Positions 7,880-20,272 are shown, counted from the first letter of the stretch. The stretch: 25,598 nucleotides of DNA from Candidatus Fermentibacteraceae bacterium (GCA_041686025.1 JAWLEP010000002.1:1-25598); one strand, 5' to 3'. Numbers and translations are program-made. Notes: generated by a model from the letters alone, not told the origin.

Positions 7880-9230
7880 GGATGGCGCCGTGACCGAAGC
7901 TCTCGCCGGCCTCCATGAACAGCTCCGAGAGGGTGGGATGGGGATGGACCATCCGTCCCACATCGGAGGCCCTGAGCCCTGCGCTCACCATCACCACCGC
8001 CTCTCCCACCAGGCTGCTGGCTCCGGCGCCCACTATCTGCACCCCCACCACTACCTCGTCCCCGCGGCGGGAGATGATCTTGAGGAAGCCGGTGGGGCGG
8101 TTCATGCCCAGGGCCTTTCCGTTGGCGATGTAGCGGGCGGTTCCCGTTGTCACGTCCACGCCCCGTCTGCGCCACTCCTCCTCCCCCGGGCCTACCGTGG
8201 CCACCTCCGGGGAGGTGAAGATGCAGGCGGGCATGGCGTCGGGGTCCACCCGCCTCTCCCCGGTGCCGAACATCCGGTCCACGGCGGCCAGGGCCTGGGC
8301 GCTGCCGGCGTGGGCCAGCTGCCAGCGGCCGGTGGCGTCGCCCGCGCACCAGACTCCGGGAAGGTTGGTGAGGTGGTCCCCATCGGTGGCGATGCCCTGC
8401 GGGCCGTGGTCGACACCCGCCTCCGCCAGGCCCAGGTCGTCGGTCCGGGGGGCCCGGCCCACGGCCACCATCAGACTCTCCGCGGTGAGCTCGGTGCCGT
8501 CCTCCAGGGTGACGGCGGCCCCGTCACCCTCCATCGACACGCCGGAGGCCCCGCTTCCCAGGTGGAAGCTCACGCCCCTCTTGACAAGGGAGCGGCGGAC
8601 CACCTCGGTGACGTCGGAGTCCACCCCGGGGAGTATGTCGTCCAGCATCTCCACAACGGTAACGTCCACGCCGAAGGCGTTCATAATGGAGGCGAACTCG
8701 CAGCCGATGACCCCTCCGCCAACTACGATCAGACTGGAGGGCAGGTCGGTCCATGCCAGGACGTCCCTGCTGGTGCAGACCCCCTCCGCGGACAGCGGCC
8801 GGGGGATCAGGGGCCGTGACCCCGGCGCCAGCAGCACGTTGTCCGCCGCCAGCTCCTCGTCCTCCACCGCCACCGCTCCCGGGCCCCTGAGGATGCCGTG
8901 GCCGCGGACCACCCGCACGCCCAGCTTCTTCAGGTGCGCCTCCACTCCCTTGCGGAGCCGCTTCACCACCATGTCCCGGCGCTTTGCGACCGCGGGGTAG
9001 GAGAAGTCCAGCTTCCCCGACAGGCCCAGCCGTCCGGCCTCCCGGGCGCTGGAGAGCAGCTCGGAGCTGGCCACCAGGGTCTTGGTGGGGATGCAGCCCC
9101 GGTTCAGGCAGGTGCCCCCGACGTTCTCCTCCTCCACCACGGCGACCCGCCTGCCCATCTGCGCCGCCCTTATGGCGGGAACGTAGCCGGCGGGCCCCCC
9201 TCCAACTATCACCAGATCCAGCCTGTCCAT
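7872..9230 (-). CDS. lpdA: Dihydrolipoyl dehydrogenase (E3)
   Basis: GGGPAGY FAD motif, redox-active GGTCLNRGCIPTK, GGGVIGCE NAD motif, HPHPTLSE catalytic H/E. SD GAGGTG upstream. Confidence 0.93.
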   Translation of the reverse strand: MDRLDLVIVGGGPAGYVPAIRAAQMGRRVAVVEEENVGGTCLNRGCIPTKTLVASSELLSSAREAGRLGLSGKLDFSYPAVAKRRDMVVKRLRKGVEAHLKKLGVRVVRGHGILRGPGAVAVEDEELAADNVLLAPGSRPLIPRPLSAEGVCTSRDVLAWTDLPSSLIVVGGGVIGCEFASIMNAFGVDVTVVEMLDDILPGVDSDVTEVVRRSLVKRGVSFHLGSGASGVSMEGDGAAVTLEDGTELTAESLMVAVGRAPRTDDLGLAEAGVDHGPQGIATDGDHLTNLPGVWCAGDATGRWQLAHAGSAQALAAVDRMFGTGERRVDPDAMPACIFTSPEVATVGPGEEEWRRRGVDVTTGTARYIANGKALGMNRPTGFLKIISRRGDEVVVGVQIVGAGASSLVGEAVVMVSAGLRASDVGRMVHPHPTLSELFMEAGESFGHGAIHG

Positions 9231-9263
9231 CGGTCACCTCTTGGTTTCGGGGCCTTCGTATTG

Positions 9264-9292
9264 CTGACTTGATGCATTCGAGGGGGTATGAT
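9264..9292 (+). promoter_or_regulatory. Putative sigma70 promoter for TPR-tldD-pmbA
   Basis: CTGACT-N17-TATGAT in the divergent lpdA/TPR spacer. Confidence 0.4.
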
Positions 9293-9344
9293 AAGTACCC
9301 GACCGGAAGAAGGGAAGACAGGCAGCAGCTTCCAGGGAGGTTCC

Positions 9345-10088
9345 TTGGTTTTCGCACTCCTGATTGCCGCTCTCCTCGGCATCGACCTGGACTCCGAGTC
9401 CGCCCGGCTGCACCTGGAGACCGGTCTGGCCTACATACAGCAGGGGCTCCTGGAGAAGGCGGTGGAGGAGCTGGAAACCACCCTGGAGCTGGACCCGGAC
9501 TGCCACGAGGCCTACCTGGCGCTGGGCAGGCTCCGGGCCGGGATGGGCGACCCCGGGGCCGCCGAGGAGAAACTGCAGAGGTTCATGGAGATGAGGCCGG
9601 AGGACTGGCGGGGGCCCCTGGCCATGGCCCGTCTGCGCCTGGACACCGGGGCCAGTGCGGAGGCCCGCGATCTGGCCCTGCGGGCCCACGCTCTCAACCC
9701 CGCCGAGCCCGAGATATGGATGGAGCTGGGGGAGGCCGCCGCCCTCTGCGGGGACACGGCCTCCGCCCTGGACTGGCTGGGGCGGGTGGTGGTGGAGGAG
9801 GGCCCGCTGGAGAACGCAGCCCGGGTCAGGGTCGCCTCTCTGCTGAGGGCCGGGGGGAGGCTGTCGCAGGCCAGGACGCTCCTGCTGCCGGCGGCAGAGG
9901 AGGAGGACCCGGCGGCGATATGGGGCCTGGCCAGGGTGTACACCGCCTGGGAGGACTGGATGCGGGCCAGCGACGCCATACGCAGCTACCTGAGAATGGA
10001 GCCTGAGGGCAGGTGGGCAGACTCGGCCCGCATGGAGCTGGAGCGCTTCTCCGAGGAGGGCCTCTACATCCCCGGGAGCATGCCTTGA
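9345..10088 (+). CDS. Tetratricopeptide repeat protein with short hydrophobic N-terminus
   Basis: Multiple TPRs (LELDPDCHEAYLALG; ALNPAEPEIWMELG; YLRMEPEGRWA). TTG 9345 follows SD GGGAGG (9335-9340) and gives MVFALLIAALLG; the track ATG at 9288 lies within the -10 box. Confidence 0.8.
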   Translation: MVFALLIAALLGIDLDSESARLHLETGLAYIQQGLLEKAVEELETTLELDPDCHEAYLALGRLRAGMGDPGAAEEKLQRFMEMRPEDWRGPLAMARLRLDTGASAEARDLALRAHALNPAEPEIWMELGEAAALCGDTASALDWLGRVVVEEGPLENAARVRVASLLRAGGRLSQARTLLLPAAEEEDPAAIWGLARVYTAWEDWMRASDAIRSYLRMEPEGRWADSARMELERFSEEGLYIPGSMP

Positions 10089-11479
10089 GCGGCGTCCGGG
10101 CGGGCTCGGAGGGATGGCTGGAGCCGGCCCTGGAGAGCGTCCACGAGCTGCTGCAGGCCCGGCCTCCCGGGGACTACGCCGAGGTGAGGCTGGAGGAGGG
10201 TTCGGGGCTGGACATGGTCCAGGCCGGCCGGGACCTGGAGAGCTGCGACCCGTTCCGTTCCACCGGCGGGCTGGCCCGGGTGCTGGCGGAAGGCAGGTGG
10301 GGAACCTGCGCCTTCACCGAGGAGACCGACCCGGCAATGGCACTGGACCGGGCCCTGGAGATGGCCCGGGCCTCCGGGATGCCGCCCCTTCCCCGCCCCC
10401 TCTCTCCCAGCTGCCCGGTGGCCAGCCGCCACGACAACCCCCTGGAGCCCCTGGCCGAGGTGCCGGTGCGGGACAAGGCCTTCCACTGCCGCAGGTACAC
10501 CGAGCTGATGGCCTCCTCGGCCCGCGGGGCCTCCGTGATGGCCCACTACCGCGAGCACCAGCGCACCCGGGCCGTGGTGGGCTCGCTGGGCACCAAGGTG
10601 GTGGAGTTCGAGAGTCTCTGCGGCATGGCCCTGCAGATGTCGGGGCCCGGGGGGATCTCGGTCTCCCGGTCCCTGGCGCACAGGGGGGGCTACGAGTACC
10701 TGCGCCACCGCGAGCACCTGGTGGAGGAGATGGCGGACGCGTACTCCACCATGCAGGGGGGGGCGGCTCCCCGGTCCGGAAGCTACAGGATAATCCTGGA
10801 CCAGAGGCTGGCGGGAATACTGGTGCACGAGGCCTTCGGACATCTCAGCGAGGCCGATCTGGTGCACAGCCATCCCTTCCTGGCCGACCTCTTCGCCATG
10901 AACGCCCTGGTGGCCCCGGATACGGTGACCATCTGCGACGACGCCACCCTGTGCGGGAACCCGGGCTCCTACAGCTTCGACGACGAGGGTGAGCCCGGTG
11001 GCCGCACGGTGCTGCTGGACAGGGGCCGGGTGGCCGGGCGGCTGCACACCCTCTCCACCGCGGCCGCTGCCGGCGTCAGCACCACGGGAAACGCCCGGGC
11101 GGTGGACTACCGCAATCCCCCCCGGGCCAGAATGTCCTGCACCTTCATGGAGGCCGGGGAGCACTCCCTGCAGGAGCTGATGGCGATCATGGGCGACGGC
11201 CTCTACCTGGAGGGAGCGGTGTCCGGGTCCACCAACCTGCACCGCTTCACGATCACGGCCGAGAGGGCTACCGAGGTCTGCGGCGGGTCGCCGGGGAGGG
11301 TGCTGGGGCCGGCCACCGTCACCGGCAGCGTCCCCTCCGTTCTGGGCTCCATAACGGCCCTGGGTGACGAGGTCAGGATGCACAGCGGAATCGGCGGCTG
11401 CACCCGCGGCAATCGCGGCCACCTGCCGGTCAGCTACGGGGGCCCGCACATGCTGGTGGAGGGCATCGATGTCCTCTGA
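10085..11479 (+). CDS. tldD: TldD metalloprotease subunit
   Basis: HEAFGH metal motif, FDDEG, TGNARA, RMSCT, C-terminal GGC...PVSYGGPH. TTG start overlaps the upstream TGA (TTGA) after SD GGGAG. Confidence 0.88.
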   Translation: MSGVRAGSEGWLEPALESVHELLQARPPGDYAEVRLEEGSGLDMVQAGRDLESCDPFRSTGGLARVLAEGRWGTCAFTEETDPAMALDRALEMARASGMPPLPRPLSPSCPVASRHDNPLEPLAEVPVRDKAFHCRRYTELMASSARGASVMAHYREHQRTRAVVGSLGTKVVEFESLCGMALQMSGPGGISVSRSLAHRGGYEYLRHREHLVEEMADAYSTMQGGAAPRSGSYRIILDQRLAGILVHEAFGHLSEADLVHSHPFLADLFAMNALVAPDTVTICDDATLCGNPGSYSFDDEGEPGGRTVLLDRGRVAGRLHTLSTAAAAGVSTTGNARAVDYRNPPRARMSCTFMEAGEHSLQELMAIMGDGLYLEGAVSGSTNLHRFTITAERATEVCGGSPGRVLGPATVTGSVPSVLGSITALGDEVRMHSGIGGCTRGNRGHLPVSYGGPHMLVEGIDVL

Positions 11480-12803
11480 GGCCTTTCCGGGGAGGTCCGT
11501 GGAGAGACTGGAGGGCGCCGCGGAGCGGCTTCTGGAGATGGCCGACGGGGTCTCCGCCTCTGCCGAGGTGGTGGGGACCGCCGTGGACGAGGAGAGCGTG
11601 GAGGTCCTCTACGGAGGGGAGATAGCCCCCCACAGGACCCTGTCGTCTTTCCTCAGCCTGCGGATCGTCAGGGGAGGGAGGCTGGGGGGCGCCGGAGGGA
11701 CGTCCGCCACTCCGGGCAAGCTGCTGGACATGGCCATATCCACCGCCAGGGTGGGGCCGGAGGCCGGGTTCCGCTTTCCCGGGTCCATCACCCCCGCCGC
11801 GGTGCACATACTGGACCCCCGGGTGGAGGAGACGGGCTGCAGCGAGCTGGCCGGGGCCATGGAGCGGCTGCGGGACCGCACGGCCGGGGCCTATCCGTAC
11901 TCCTCGCTGGAGGGCAGCATGTCCGTCCGAAGGCTCCGGGTGGGCATCCACAACTCCCGGGGGCTGAAGGCCGAGTACCGGAAGGCCCTGCTGGAGTGGG
12001 ACCTGCAGCTCCTGGTGCCCACCTCCGACGGTCTGGTGACCTTCACCTCCGCAGCCGCAACCTGCAGGCATACCTCACTGCCGGGGGCCTCCCTGCTGGC
12101 CGACGTACCGGAGCACGGGCAGCTGTCGGACACCACAGGCCCGGTGAGCGGAGAGGTGCCGGTGGTCTTCGCACCGGAGGCCATGTCCGTTCTGCTGCAG
12201 CCGGTGCGGGTGGGGGTCAGCGGACGGTCCCTCCTGGCCGGCTCCAGCCCCCTGCGCAACATGGAGGGAGGGCAGGTGTTCTCCCCCGCCGTCACCCTGC
12301 TGGACAGGCCTCTGATGGAGCTGGGGGCCGGATCCGCGCCCTTCGACGCCGAGGGCACCGGGACCAGGGACAAGCCCCTCTTCGACAGAGGTCTTTTCGA
12401 GGGGTTCGTCTTCGATCTGGCCACCGCCAGCATGGCGGGCGCCGAGTCCACCGGAAACGCCGGAAGGGAGTACGACACCCCTCCCTACCCGGTGGTCACC
12501 AACCTGGACATGGCCGCCGGGGAGCTGGATATCCCCGGCCTCCTGGAGCTGGCCGACGGCGGCTACCTGGTCTGCGGCTTCCAGGGCGGAAACAGCGATA
12601 CCGTCACCGGCGACTTCACGCTGGACGCGGGAGCGGCCTTTGCCGTCCGCGACGGAAACCTGGACGCCAGGCTCAGAAGGCTTACCGTCTCGGGAAACGC
12701 CTACCGGCTGCTCTCGCGGGTTAGGGGCCTGTCCAGGCAGCGGCGGCTCTCGGGGCGGGACGTGCTGCCCTACGTATGCGTGGAGGCCGTCGACTGCGGC
12801 TGA
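11469..12803 (+). CDS. pmbA: PmbA/TldE non-catalytic subunit
   Basis: PFDAEG, STGNAGR, TNL, VTGDFT, VSGN; no HExxxH. ATG 11469 overlaps the tldD end. Confidence 0.82.
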   Translation: MSSEAFPGRSVERLEGAAERLLEMADGVSASAEVVGTAVDEESVEVLYGGEIAPHRTLSSFLSLRIVRGGRLGGAGGTSATPGKLLDMAISTARVGPEAGFRFPGSITPAAVHILDPRVEETGCSELAGAMERLRDRTAGAYPYSSLEGSMSVRRLRVGIHNSRGLKAEYRKALLEWDLQLLVPTSDGLVTFTSAAATCRHTSLPGASLLADVPEHGQLSDTTGPVSGEVPVVFAPEAMSVLLQPVRVGVSGRSLLAGSSPLRNMEGGQVFSPAVTLLDRPLMELGAGSAPFDAEGTGTRDKPLFDRGLFEGFVFDLATASMAGAESTGNAGREYDTPPYPVVTNLDMAAGELDIPGLLELADGGYLVCGFQGGNSDTVTGDFTLDAGAAFAVRDGNLDARLRRLTVSGNAYRLLSRVRGLSRQRRLSGRDVLPYVCVEAVDCG

Positions 12804-13786
12804 TCCGCCGCGGTCTCCCCCCCGGCGCTCTGCATCTCCGACCTCATGGCTCCCAGGGCATTCCTGCCGTTCCACATCATCATCGCCGCCACGAAGCCGA
12901 TGCCCTCGGCCAGCGTGATCCACAGCCTGGCGGCTATGGACACCAGCTCGGCGCGTCCCGCGGCGGCCGACACGGCCAGGCCCACCAGCCAGGCTAGGCT
13001 CACCTCACGGACACCGAGCCCCCCGGGAGCGAACACCACTATGAAGCCGATGGCCATGGCCATGGGGAAGACGAACATCCCCGGGAACATGGGAATGTCC
13101 AGGCCGAAGCTCCAGGCCAGGAGCACGAAGGCCAGTCCCTGGGTCAGGAAGACCATCAGGTAGACGGGCAGCAGCCTGAGCACGTTGATGAAGCCGGGAT
13201 CCTCGACCTCCAGCTCCTTGCCCGTGGCCCGGCTGACGATCCTCAGCAGCCGCTGAAAAGCGGTGGGGTGGGAGGTCATTATCAGGACGAAGGCCACCAC
13301 CGCCACCGCCCCCAGGCTGAGCAGCGGGCCCAGCCCCAGCCTCTCGGCGGCCAGCGGGACCAGCGGCAGGCCCACCAGCAGGGAGCCGGAGACAATGAAG
13401 AGGCTCTCCAGCACCATGGCGTGGCTGGCCTTGACCCCGGAGAGGCCCAGCTTCCTGGTCAGGCCCACCTTGCCCACGGCGGCCCAGAGCTTTCCCGGCA
13501 GGTACTTTCCCACCTGGGTCAGGAAGTGGATGGCGAAGGCCTGGCGGAAGCTCACCGGGCATCCCACGACTCCGGACACCATCTTCCACGACAGGGCGGC
13601 CAGGACCATGTGGACCATGAGCACCAGGAAGGAGGCGATGAACAGGCCCACGTCGAAGCTCAGCAGGTCCGAGAGGCTCTGCTGGCGCAGGCCATGGGCG
13701 AAGGAGCGGCCCAGGTAGAAGAGGGCCGCCGCCGCCAACAGCAACCCCAGCCAGTTCAGCAGTCTCTGCATGTTGGGCTTGCGCAC
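12770..13786 (-). CDS. YbhN/UPF0104 (lysylphosphatidylglycerol synthase TM-like) flippase-family membrane protein
   Basis: About 8 TM segments, GKYLPG and APGGLGVRE motifs, terminal ARLW. SD GGGAG before GTG. Confidence 0.8.
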   Translation of the reverse strand: MRKPNMQRLLNWLGLLLAAAALFYLGRSFAHGLRQQSLSDLLSFDVGLFIASFLVLMVHMVLAALSWKMVSGVVGCPVSFRQAFAIHFLTQVGKYLPGKLWAAVGKVGLTRKLGLSGVKASHAMVLESLFIVSGSLLVGLPLVPLAAERLGLGPLLSLGAVAVVAFVLIMTSHPTAFQRLLRIVSRATGKELEVEDPGFINVLRLLPVYLMVFLTQGLAFVLLAWSFGLDIPMFPGMFVFPMAMAIGFIVVFAPGGLGVREVSLAWLVGLAVSAAAGRAELVSIAARLWITLAEGIGFVAAMMMWNGRNALGAMRSEMQSAGGETAADQPQSTASTHT

Positions 13787-13821
13787 GCGTTCTCCCGTGA
13801 TTGGGGGTCTGCCGCGAGGGA

Positions 13822-14256
13822 TCAGTCCAGGACGCTGACCCGGCTCTCGCGCCTTCCGCTGTCCCTGTCGCTGCGGGCCCCGTAGACGAATCCGCTGAAG
13901 AAGGGCAGGTTGGCGATGTCCATGAGGCTCTCCAGGGTCGACTCGTCGGGCTCGCCGGAACCTGCGAAGACCTCCACCAGCTTCTCGGGAAGGGCCTCAC
14001 GCCTCCCGTCCTCGGACATGGATGACAGCTGGCGCCAGCCGTCGGGGTCGTCCATCCTGATGAGCAGGCGCCTGGCTTCGATCTCCTTGGCCCCTATCTG
14101 AGAGCAGATGGCCTGCGCCGGCTCCGACCCCACCAGCTGGACCAGCTGGCGACCCAGGAGCCGTACGGTAATGGCGTCGCTCTGGTAGAGCCGGTACATG
14201 GCCCCCAGCCTCTTCAGCAGGGTCGTTTCCAGCTCGCGCTTCCTGTCCTCATCCAT
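13822..14256 (-). CDS. Hypothetical protein (144 aa)
   Basis: ATG overlaps the hflX stop (ATGGATGA); SD GAGG upstream; natural amino-acid composition; fills the gap in the operon. Confidence 0.7.
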   Translation of the reverse strand: MDEDRKRELETTLLKRLGAMYRLYQSDAITVRLLGRQLVQLVGSEPAQAICSQIGAKEIEARRLLIRMDDPDGWRQLSSMSEDGRREALPEKLVEVFAGSGEPDESTLESLMDIANLPFFSGFVYGARSDRDSGRRESRVSVLD

Positions 14257-15562
14257 GGGAGTTCCTCTTCCGTTCCAGATTCCCCTCTCGAACCACTTCC
14301 GCGTCGGGGCTCAGCGGTCTCATGCTCCACTCTACGCCGCTGCGCTCCAGGGCCGTCCTCACCGGCTCCGCTCCCCGCTCGGAGGCCACCAGCATACGGA
14401 GCTCGCCGTCCTCTCCGGCCCGGTCCCGGACCAGGCAGTGGGTGTGCAGCCAGTTTATGATCCTGCCGCCTGCGCTGTCCAGGGTCAGCTCGAACCAGCT
14501 GAGGCTGTCGTCCCTGGCCCTGCGTACGGCTTCCCGAAGGGGGTCGAGGCCCTCCCCGCGGACGGCCGACACCCCCAGCCCCGTGCCCGGCTCGTCCTCG
14601 CTTACCAGGTCCATCTTGTTCCACACCAGCATCCTGGGTATCTCGGCGGCGCCTATCCTGAGCAGCGTGTTCAGGACGGTCTCCAGCTTTATCTGCCGGT
14701 CCGGGTCGCTTCGGTCGGCCACCAGCAGCAGCAGGTCCGCCTCCCTCACCACTCCCAGGGTCGCCCTGAAGCTGGCCACGAGCGTCTCCGGAAGGCGGCG
14801 GATGAAACCCACCGTATCGGACAGCAGGACGTTCTCGCCGTCGCCCACGTCCAGCCTTCTGGACACCGTGTCCAGGGTGGCGAAGAGCCGGTCGGCGGTG
14901 CCTACCCCTGCTGAGCAGAGAGCGTTCATCAGGGTGCTCTTCCCGGCGTTGGTGTATCCCACCAGGGTCACGCTGAACATCCCCTGCCGCCGGCTGCGCC
15001 TGACCTGGCGGCTGCTCTCCACCTTCTCCAGGTCCTTCTCCAGGGACTTGATGCGGTCCCTGGCCCGCCGGCGGTCGATCTCCAGCTGGGTCTCTCCGGG
15101 GCCGCGGGTGCCGATGCCGGCACCCAGCCGCGAGAGGTGGTGCCACATCCTGGTCATCCTGGGAAGGGCGTATCGCAGCTGGGCCAGCTCGATCTGGAGC
15201 CTGGCCTCCCGGGTCCTGGCGGCCCGGGCGAAGATGGCCAGTATCACCTCGGTGCGGTCCAGCACCTTGCAGCCGGTGAGGTCCTCCAGCCGGGCCACCT
15301 GCCCCGGGGAGAGGTTGTGGTCGAAGACCACCGTGGAGGCATCGTGGCCCTCGGCGGCCTGCACGACCTCCTGCAGCTTCCCCTTCCCCACGAAGTACCT
15401 GGCGTCGGGGGCCACCCGCTTCTGCTCCAGAGAGGCCACCACCGTGCCCCCGGCGCTGGCTATCAGGCTCTCCATCTCTCCTGGAAGGTCCGAGGAGGGC
15501 TCCTTCTGCAGCTCCACGCGGACCAGGACGGTCCTCTCCCCTCCCTCTGCGCCCTCTCCCAG
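14249..15562 (-). CDS. hflX: Ribosome-splitting GTPase HflX (start uncertain)
   Basis: VGKGK, DRTEVILAIF, QIELAQLRY, GIGTRGPGETQLE, G1 GYTNAGKST, LFATLD, DTVGF, NKMD. Homology (ERTVLVRV) extends upstream of the track GTG at 15517; CTG 15562 is a tentative start. Confidence 0.92.
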   Translation of the reverse strand: MGEGAEGGERTVLVRVELQKEPSSDLPGEMESLIASAGGTVVASLEQKRVAPDARYFVGKGKLQEVVQAAEGHDASTVVFDHNLSPGQVARLEDLTGCKVLDRTEVILAIFARAARTREARLQIELAQLRYALPRMTRMWHHLSRLGAGIGTRGPGETQLEIDRRRARDRIKSLEKDLEKVESSRQVRRSRRQGMFSVTLVGYTNAGKSTLMNALCSAGVGTADRLFATLDTVSRRLDVGDGENVLLSDTVGFIRRLPETLVASFRATLGVVREADLLLLVADRSDPDRQIKLETVLNTLLRIGAAEIPRMLVWNKMDLVSEDEPGTGLGVSAVRGEGLDPLREAVRRARDDSLSWFELTLDSAGGRIINWLHTHCLVRDRAGEDGELRMLVASERGAEPVRTALERSGVEWSMRPLSPDAEVVREGNLERKRNSHG

Positions 15563-15612
15563 TACCCGGCGGCCGGAGTCGCGGCCCCCGTTCGGCTGCG
15601 CGCTGAACCCGG

Positions 15613-16125
15613 CTACTTGCTACCCTCTTCCTTCTTTTTCTTCTTGGGCTTGGAGAGCCTCTTGATGAGAGCCTTGGCGCTGTCCACCTTGATGTCCTTC
15701 ACCAGGGCCACCTCTCCGGCCAGCACACCCATGGCCTCGGAGAGCACTCGTTTCTCGGAGGGGTTCATCTTGCTGTTGGCCGACCTGGCCTTCACGTCAC
15801 GTATGGCCCTGGCCACCTCGCCGGGATCACCCGAATGCACGCGCTCCTTCAGGGTCTCGATCCTCCTGCGCCAGTCCTTGGGAAGCTCCTCGGGATCGGC
15901 CTTCAGAAGGTCGAGCGCCTTCTGCATGCCCTTCTTGGTGACCACGTGCCGCAGCTCGGTGCTCTCCACGGTCTCGGTGGGGAGAAGGATCCGGGCGTTC
16001 CCCACCATCAGGCGGATCGCCACGCACTCGGTGGGCTCTCCCAGAATGTTCTTCTCGGCTATCTCGGATATCACACCGGCGCCGTGCATCGGGTGGACTA
16101 CCTTGTCGTTGACCTTGAATGCCAT
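15613..16125 (-). CDS. carD: CarD/CdnL family RNA-polymerase-binding transcription factor
   Basis: FKVNDKVVHPMHGAGVI N-terminal RID, LRHV, conserved Trp in DWRRR, SGD...VAR, SEK. SD AGGAGG. Confidence 0.92.
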   Translation of the reverse strand: MAFKVNDKVVHPMHGAGVISEIAEKNILGEPTECVAIRLMVGNARILLPTETVESTELRHVVTKKGMQKALDLLKADPEELPKDWRRRIETLKERVHSGDPGEVARAIRDVKARSANSKMNPSEKRVLSEAMGVLAGEVALVKDIKVDSAKALIKRLSKPKKKKKEEGSK

Positions 16126-16157
16126 GCGGGCCTCCTATGACCTCTATTGTTGCTCTG

Positions 16158-19476
<3,319 letters not shown>

Positions 19477-19830
19477 CTAATCGGCCCAGTAGATTATCCT
19501 CCCGCAGGTGGGGCAGCTCCGTATCTGCTCGTTCCGCTCCGGGTCGGAGCACATGGCGGTGGGGAGCCGGGTCAGGCACCCGCTGCACCTGCCTCCGATG
19601 GCCGGCACCACCGCGTTGCCGTAGTGGCTGGCCAGACGGTCGTACTGGGCCAGAAGCCTTCTGTCCAGCTGGGCGGTAAACTCGGTCCTCATCTCCCGGA
19701 GCATCTTCTGGGCGTCGTCCGCCTCCAGACCCAGCTTCTCCTCCTGGTGCCTGATCTCCTTGCGGGAAAGGTCCGCTATCATCACGTCGAGGTCGTGCAG
19801 TGTAATGAGCTTCTCAAGATCCTGATTCAT
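19477..19830 (-). CDS. C4-type zinc ribbon protein (DUF164/CT398-like) with short coiled coil
   Basis: MNQDLEKLITLHDLD N-terminus, LLAQYDRL, AVVP, CSGC...CPTCGRII. ATG 19830 overlaps the EIIA end. Confidence 0.8.
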   Translation of the reverse strand: MNQDLEKLITLHDLDVMIADLSRKEIRHQEEKLGLEADDAQKMLREMRTEFTAQLDRRLLAQYDRLASHYGNAVVPAIGGRCSGCLTRLPTAMCSDPERNEQIRSCPTCGRIIYWAD

Positions 19831-20272
19831 CTGTCTCGCTTCCCGGTATCTCGAGTCCCAGCATGTCCGCCAGCTCCGAGGCACCCTCGGCATCGAAGAG
19901 CTTCTCTGCGCCCCCGTCGCGAAGCCTGGACGCGAAGTGCCTGATGAGCTCGGAGTGCTCCTCCGGTCCGCCGGGCTTGACGGGGGATATGAAAAGAATC
20001 ACGATTCTCACCTTCTCGTCGGGCCACGCCACACCGTCGGCCGATCTGCCGACGGAGATGAGGAAGTCGTCGACGAGGATGCTTCTGCAGTGGGGCATGG
20101 AGACCCCTTCGTGGACCACCGTAGCCCCAGCCTGCTCGCGGGATTCCAGCGCCGTCTGAAGCAGCTGGCGGCGGCGCTTTTCGAGATCGGGCATCTGGCT
20201 GAGGAGCTCGGAGATGGCACCGGACCTGTCTGAGGACTCGAGACCCCATTTGCAAACGCAGCGTCTTCTCAA
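19814..20272 (-). CDS. Stand-alone PTS EIIA domain protein (Fru/Mtl/Ntr family)
   Basis: REQAGAT, phospho-His motif GVSMPHCR, VGRSADGVAW, EEHSELI. TTG 20272 lies 6 nt after SD AAGGAG. Confidence 0.85.
   Translation of the reverse strand: MRRRCVCKWGLESSDRSGAISELLSQMPDLEKRRRQLLQTALESREQAGATVVHEGVSMPHCRSILVDDFLISVGRSADGVAWPDEKVRIVILFISPVKPGGPEEHSELIRHFASRLRDGGAEKLFDAEGASELADMLGLEIPGSETDESGS

Noticed and set aside
15613..15645. -1 frameshift fusing CarD to HflX at G_AAA_AAG in the poly-Lys tail
   Set aside because: The -1 (hflX) frame meets TAG at 15622-15620 just downstream, so no fusion results.
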